From the NCBI GenBank assembly GCA_046483305.1, contig JAWODM010000007.1, positions 1-12,434 on the forward strand: a DNA stretch of 12,434 nt. The letters are read 5' to 3'. The stretch comes from Candidatus Krumholzibacteriales bacterium. GTDB lineage: Bacteria; Krumholzibacteriota; Krumholzibacteriia; Krumholzibacteriales; WJIX01. This document shows, in pieces, positions 8,776 through 12,434 of the stretch (positions within the stretch are counted from its first letter, which is position 1; each line of letters begins with the position of its first letter). The translations under genes were made by a program, and so were the position numbers. The notes below the pieces were generated by a model that did not search any database, was not told the origin of the DNA, and was given only the letters and a program-made list of their open reading frames with translations.

Positions 8776-8789
8776 GACTATTTTTCAAT
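8760..8789. repeat. Inverted repeat (14-bp arms, 1 mismatch) over the -35 box; putative operator
   Basis: ATTGAAATATAGTC-AA-GACTATTTTTCAAT. Confidence 0.75.
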
Positions 8790-8857
8790 GGACTGAATAC
8801 AGTTAGTTAAAAAAGGCAACTGCTGTTTTTGTGAATGATCCGGTTTAAATCCAGCCC

Positions 8858-8886
8858 TTGACATTTTTTCAGAATAAAAATATAAT
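8858..8886 (+). promoter_or_regulatory. Perfect consensus sigma70 promoter
   Basis: TTGACA (8858-8863), 17 bp, TATAAT (8881-8886). Confidence 0.85.
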
Positions 8887-8917
8887 TACGCATTATGCGT
8901 AACGCATTATGCGTAAT
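8885..8917. repeat. 33-bp near-palindromic element, copy 1
   Basis: ATTACGCATTATGCGTAACGCATTATGCGTAAT, i.e. ATT + 2 x ACGCATTATGCGTA + AT. Lies between the -10 box and the SD (GGAGG 8918-8922). Confidence 0.95.
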
Positions 8918-8927
8918 GGAGGTCAAA

Positions 8928-10058
8928 ATGAAGAATCCTTTTGTATATGGAAGAGAAGTAACCAGAGATGATTTCTGCAATAGAACAGATGAAATAAAAG
9001 AATTAATCCGTGAAATTGAAAACTGCCAGAATGTTATAATCTTTTCACAGAGAAGATTCGGAAAGACTTCACTTATCAAGCGTGTTTTCAATGAATTGGA
9101 TTCAAGCGATATAATAACCGTCTATGTAGATCTCTATCCGGTGCTAACGGAAGAAGATTTCATCAGAATATACGCCAGGGCTGTTTCCGAGGTTATTACC
9201 AGGGGTTTGATGGATAGAATAAAAGACCTGGGATCAGTATTTAAACGGCTGAGACCGGAATTCATAATAGACCAAAATGGCCAGAGTAGAATAACTATAG
9301 ATTTTAAAAAGAAAGAAATCCTGCCTTTTATCGAAGATGTCCTGGAGGGGTTGAACAGGTACGTTGAAAAAGAAAATAATCAGGCTGTTGTATGTTTCGA
9401 TGAGTTTCAGCAGATAACTCAGCTTAAGACGGATCAACTGGAAAAGTACATGAGGTCGATATTCCAGACGCATGAGAAGATATCTTATGTTTTCATGGGG
9501 AGCAAGAAACACCTTATTCATGATGCTTTTAATAACCCGAACAGGCCATTTTACAGAAGCGCAAGACCTCTTCCACTCGGGAAAATCGACTCTGAAGAGC
9601 TGATTTCATTTATAAAGAACAAGTTTGAAGATAGCGGCAAAACAATCGCAGATTCACTGGCTGGCAGGGTAATATCTGAATGCGAATCACATCCATATTA
9701 TGTTCAGTATCTCTGCCATATATTATGGGAAAAAGTAATAGATAAGAAAAGGGTGACAGAGAAAGATTTTATGGATAGCCTGGAAATTCTGCTGGAACGG
9801 GAATCTTCGGCTTTTATGGCAACCTGGGACCCTCTGACAGTACAGCAGAAACAGGTACTGATTGCTCTGGCGAAGGCCGGAAAGCAGGAGCAAATACTTG
9901 CCAGCGATTTTAGGGCGGAATATAATCTGGGCGCTGCTTCTTCGGTTCAAAGAACAGTGGAAAGCCTGCTCGATAAGGATCTGATTGATAAAACGAACGG
10001 CGCCTATTCAATTATCGATGTTATATTCAAGAAATGGATCATTACGCATTATGCGTAA
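8928..10058 (+). CDS. P-loop ATPase of the archaeal ATPase (ATPase_2)/STAND-like type with probable C-terminal winged-HTH
   Basis: Likely start ATG 8928 after GGAGG, 376 aa. MKNPFVYG....DDFCNR..E, SQRRFGKTSL (Walker A), VVCFDEFQ (Walker B), FMGS, HPYYVQ.LC. C-terminal QKQVLIALA...ASSVQRTVESLLDKDLI......YSI.D.IFKKWI resembles a wHTH. Confidence 0.85.
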   Translation: MKNPFVYGREVTRDDFCNRTDEIKELIREIENCQNVIIFSQRRFGKTSLIKRVFNELDSSDIITVYVDLYPVLTEEDFIRIYARAVSEVITRGLMDRIKDLGSVFKRLRPEFIIDQNGQSRITIDFKKKEILPFIEDVLEGLNRYVEKENNQAVVCFDEFQQITQLKTDQLEKYMRSIFQTHEKISYVFMGSKKHLIHDAFNNPNRPFYRSARPLPLGKIDSEELISFIKNKFEDSGKTIADSLAGRVISECESHPYYVQYLCHILWEKVIDKKRVTEKDFMDSLEILLERESSAFMATWDPLTVQQKQVLIALAKAGKQEQILASDFRAEYNLGAASSVQRTVESLLDKDLIDKTNGAYSIIDVIFKKWIITHYA

Positions 10059-10073
10059 CGCATGATGCGTAAT
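10041..10073. repeat. 33-bp near-palindromic element, copy 2, containing the ATPase stop codon
   Basis: ATTACGCATTATGCGTAACGCATGATGCGTAAT, 32/33 identical to 8885-8917 and in the same orientation. Encodes I-T-H-Y-A-stop. Confidence 0.95.
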
Positions 10074-10107
10074 ATTGCATATTATTTTAAATATCGTCGC
10101 ATTTATT

Positions 10108-10125
10108 TATCATATATGATATATT
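10108..10125 (+). promoter_or_regulatory. Extended -10 promoter (probably leaderless) overlapped by a 14-bp palindrome; putative AbiEi operator
   Basis: Perfect palindrome TATCATATATGATA (10108-10121). TG-a-TATATT (10117-10125), then 6 nt, then ATG 10132. No SD sequence. Confidence 0.55.
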
Positions 10126-10131
10126 GTTGCA

Positions 10132-10764
10132 ATGATATTTAAACAAATGCTGAATAAGGTTTCGGATCTACCATTTTTTACTACAGGGTTTCTGGCCGCT
10201 GATGAGAAATTGGCTAAGATCAGGCTGCAGCTTTCCCGCTGGGTAAAAGACGGCAGGGTTATCAAGATTCACAAGGGTCTGTATACACTAGCCAGGCCAT
10301 ACCGTAAGGTTGATCCTGAGCCTTTTGTAATCGCAAACGCTCTAAAGTCTCCTTCATACGTGAGCCTGCAATCCGCCCTGTCATGGCACGGGCTGATTCC
10401 GGAATTCGTGCCGGTTACCACGAGCGTAACAACAGCCAGGCCTCAGGTAATAGAAACACCCCTGGGAAGATTTGAATACAGGCATGTCAAGACAAGCATG
10501 TTCTGCGGCTACAGAAAAATCAATTTATCCGGCAGACAGGATGCATTTATGGCCAATGCTGAAAAAGCCATTCTGGATCTGGTTTATTTAACCCCTGGCG
10601 GGGACAGCCCGGAATTTCTAAGAGAGCTGAGGCTTCAGAACATGGATGTTATTGATCTTAATAACCTTTTTAAGTTAGCAGGGAATACTGGTAGCCCGAA
10701 GCTTGAAAGGGCGGCGGCTAATATAAGTAATATTGTATCTGAAGGAGACGGCAGGAAATTATGA
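10132..10764 (+). CDS. abiEi: Type IV toxin-antitoxin antitoxin, AbiEi family
   Basis: 210 aa. LSRWVK.G.VIKI.KGLY (wHTH), PSYVSLQSALSWHGLIPE, TSVTT, A..EKAILD..Y. Overlaps the next gene by ATGA. Confidence 0.88.
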   Translation: MIFKQMLNKVSDLPFFTTGFLAADEKLAKIRLQLSRWVKDGRVIKIHKGLYTLARPYRKVDPEPFVIANALKSPSYVSLQSALSWHGLIPEFVPVTTSVTTARPQVIETPLGRFEYRHVKTSMFCGYRKINLSGRQDAFMANAEKAILDLVYLTPGGDSPEFLRELRLQNMDVIDLNNLFKLAGNTGSPKLERAAANISNIVSEGDGRKL

Positions 10765-11570
10765 AGGATTATCTCAAGGAAATTACTGAAAAAGCAGCTG
10801 ATAGCCGGATAGCCGGATTATTGATCAGGGAATATTTTCAAGCCAGGATTCTGGAGATAATTCAGGAATCCGGAGGGTTTGAAACCTGGGCTTTTCTGGG
10901 AGGAACGGCTCTTCGTTTTATCTATTCGATCCCCCGTTTCTCGGAGGATCTGGATTTTTCTCTTTCCTCAGGAGGAGAAAAAGACAATTTCACAGTGATA
11001 CTCAAGAAAGTGGAGAAATCTTTTTCGGTGGAAGGGTACCGGTTGATTATCAAGCCGGATGAAGAAAGAACGGTAAAATCCGCCCTTTTTAAATTTCAGG
11101 GTATCCTCCATGAGATAGGCCTTTCGCACCATCAGTCAGAAATACTTTCAATTAAGGTGGAAATCGATACCAATCCGCCGGCAGGGGCTGTTCTTGAAAC
11201 CAGCCTGGTCAGGAAACATCGAATCCTGAACCTGCTTCATTATGACAGGGGTTCTCTTCTTGCCGGCAAACTTTACGCTCTGTTAGCCTGCAACTATGTA
11301 AAGGGCAGGGATGTCTATGACCTTTTCTGGTATCTCGCTGACAGAACCTGGCCAGAGCCGAACCTGGAGCTTCTGAATAATTCTCTGGCGCAGACAGGGT
11401 GGAAGGGAGAGCGAATAACCAGCTCGAACTGGAAAAGCTTAATCATGGAAAAACTTTCCGGTTATAACTGGAATGAGATAGTCCGGGATGTGCGGCCCTT
11501 CCTGGAGGATCAGAAGCAGGTAGATATGCTCACCAGAGACAATCTGATTAAGCTGCTGAAGAGTATTTAA
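10761..11570 (+). CDS. abiEii: Type IV toxin-antitoxin toxin, AbiEii/AbiGii (DUF1814) nucleotidyltransferase
   Basis: 269 aa. FLGGTALR..Y...RFSEDLDFS catalytic motifs, IKVEID, AGKL.A, KGRDVYDL. Translationally coupled to abiEi. Confidence 0.9.
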   Translation: MKDYLKEITEKAADSRIAGLLIREYFQARILEIIQESGGFETWAFLGGTALRFIYSIPRFSEDLDFSLSSGGEKDNFTVILKKVEKSFSVEGYRLIIKPDEERTVKSALFKFQGILHEIGLSHHQSEILSIKVEIDTNPPAGAVLETSLVRKHRILNLLHYDRGSLLAGKLYALLACNYVKGRDVYDLFWYLADRTWPEPNLELLNNSLAQTGWKGERITSSNWKSLIMEKLSGYNWNEIVRDVRPFLEDQKQVDMLTRDNLIKLLKSI

Positions 11571-11647
11571 TCTTGAAATAATATTCAGGGGCCATATAAT
11601 AGAATATGAATTTTGATTGGTTGAAATATTAACTAAAGTATTTCCCC

Positions 11648-11676
11648 TTGAACTGACAGAAGATAGTTGTATAATT
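11648..11676 (+). promoter_or_regulatory. Putative sigma70 promoter of ssb
   Basis: TTGAAC (11648-11653), 17 bp, TATAAT (11671-11676), with an extended -10 TG. Confidence 0.65.
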
Positions 11677-11747
11677 GGGATGAACCTTTCGGGTGATGAA
11701 GTGTTGGATGGGGGGAATGGTTCAATTTTTTTATAGGAGGTGTGGTG

Positions 11748-12122
11748 ATGAGCAGAGGATTAAACAAAGTAATGCTTATCGGAAATCTTGGTTCAGATCC
11801 GGAGATTCGCTCTACAGGGAGCGGCCTTCCGGTGGCTAATTTCACAATGGCTACCAACGAGCAGTTCTCCACCAGGGACGGAGAGCGCCAGCAGCGGACC
11901 GAATGGCACCGGGTGGTGGCTTTCGGAAAGCTGGCCGAGATTGTGGGGCAGTATCTCAAGAAGGGGAACCAGCTGTACTTGGAGGGAAGGATCCAGACCC
12001 GCGAGTGGGAGGATAAGTCCGGAAACAGGCGGTTCACCACTGAGGTAGTGATGCGTGAAATGGTGATGCTCGGAAGCGCTGGAGGAGGCGGAGGAGACTA
12101 TACGAGAGAAATTCCAGAATAG
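11748..12122 (+). CDS. ssb: Single-stranded DNA-binding protein; OB fold intact, acidic C-terminal tail missing
   Basis: ATG 11748 after [49 protein letters not shown]. Ends [13 protein letters not shown] with no DDxPF tip. Confidence 0.9.
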   Translation: MSRGLNKVMLIGNLGSDPEIRSTGSGLPVANFTMATNEQFSTRDGERQQRTEWHRVVAFGKLAEIVGQYLKKGNQLYLEGRIQTREWEDKSGNRRFTTEVVMREMVMLGSAGGGGGDYTREIPE

Positions 12123-12434
12123 TGCGTCAATATTCCTATCCTTCATGGCTTGCGCAGCTTCCGGCTGGGAGTAATAACTTACCTGCATATCATCATAGGA
12201 CAACCCGGCTGCTTCAATAATTAACCTGGACATGGTTTCGCATCCACTTCCGGGCGCGTCAACAGATACTTTTTTTCCTTTTAAATCTCTTAGCGATTTA
12301 ATCTCCGGATCGATGCTGATAAAATGCTGGGGTGCGGGATACATGGAAAAGAGTGCCAAAATTGACTGTTTGTCATTTTCGAACTGTACCTGACCGTGAT
12401 AGGCTTTGAAAGCAACGTCTCCCATCGCCATGCC
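12105..12434 (-). pseudogene. Fragment of a TAXI-family TRAP transporter solute-binding protein; 5' part beyond the window, 3' part lost at the junction with ssb
   Basis: Minus-strand frame reads ..ALFSMYP...H......IKSLRDLKGKKVSV.APGSG.E.....I.EAAGLSYDD........[15 protein letters not shown], typical of TAXI. After ~12105 the frame is simply antisense ssb. Confidence 0.75.

Noticed and set aside
8895..8927. Track start of the ATPase at 8895 (MRNALCV...)
   Set aside because: That ATG lies inside the palindrome. ATG 8928 has a GGAGG SD and gives the family-typical MKNPF start.
8885..10073. 33-bp repeats as a CRISPR array, IS terminal repeats, attC or dif sites
   Set aside because: There are only two copies, separated by a whole gene. 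No cas, transposase or integrase gene is present, and I see no match to attC core sites or XerC/D arms.
7410..11740. Classical tRNA-integrated island with attL/attR
   Set aside because: I found no duplicate of the tRNA-His or tRNA-Arg 3' end downstream, and no integrase in the window.
11793..12104. C-terminal half of the 212-aa minus-strand ORF as a novel TAXI fusion domain
   Set aside because: It is the antisense of the ssb coding sequence, read through after the breakpoint.

Overview
Bacterial window with three parts. (1) 1-6899 is GC-rich and mostly housekeeping: a minus-strand AAA_14/DUF4143-type ATPase that runs off the left edge and is missing from the ORF track, a lipoprotein amidohydrolase, a SagB/ThcOx-type nitroreductase, a NifB/NifX-family protein, a NimA/PNPOx-like flavoprotein, and a convergent trkH-trkA K+ uptake operon. 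(2) tRNA-Arg(TCT) and tRNA-His(GTG) are followed by a visibly more AT-rich accessory block (~7450-11640). It holds a second AAA_14/DUF4143 ATPase, a divergent archaeal-ATPase/STAND-like ATPase with a probable C-terminal wHTH, and an AbiEi/AbiEii type IV toxin-antitoxin pair, each module with its own promoter and palindrome. The most striking signal is a 33-bp near-palindromic element present twice in direct orientation (32/33 identical) that brackets the STAND-like ATPase gene. One copy covers the predicted +1 of a perfect TTGACA-17-TATAAT promoter. The other encodes the last five codons and the stop, just upstream of abiEi. (3) At the right end, ssb (+) and a TAXI-family solute-binding gene (-) collide and both appear truncated at ~12105, indicating a rearrangement or chimeric assembly. 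Family assignments come from motif recognition, not database searches.
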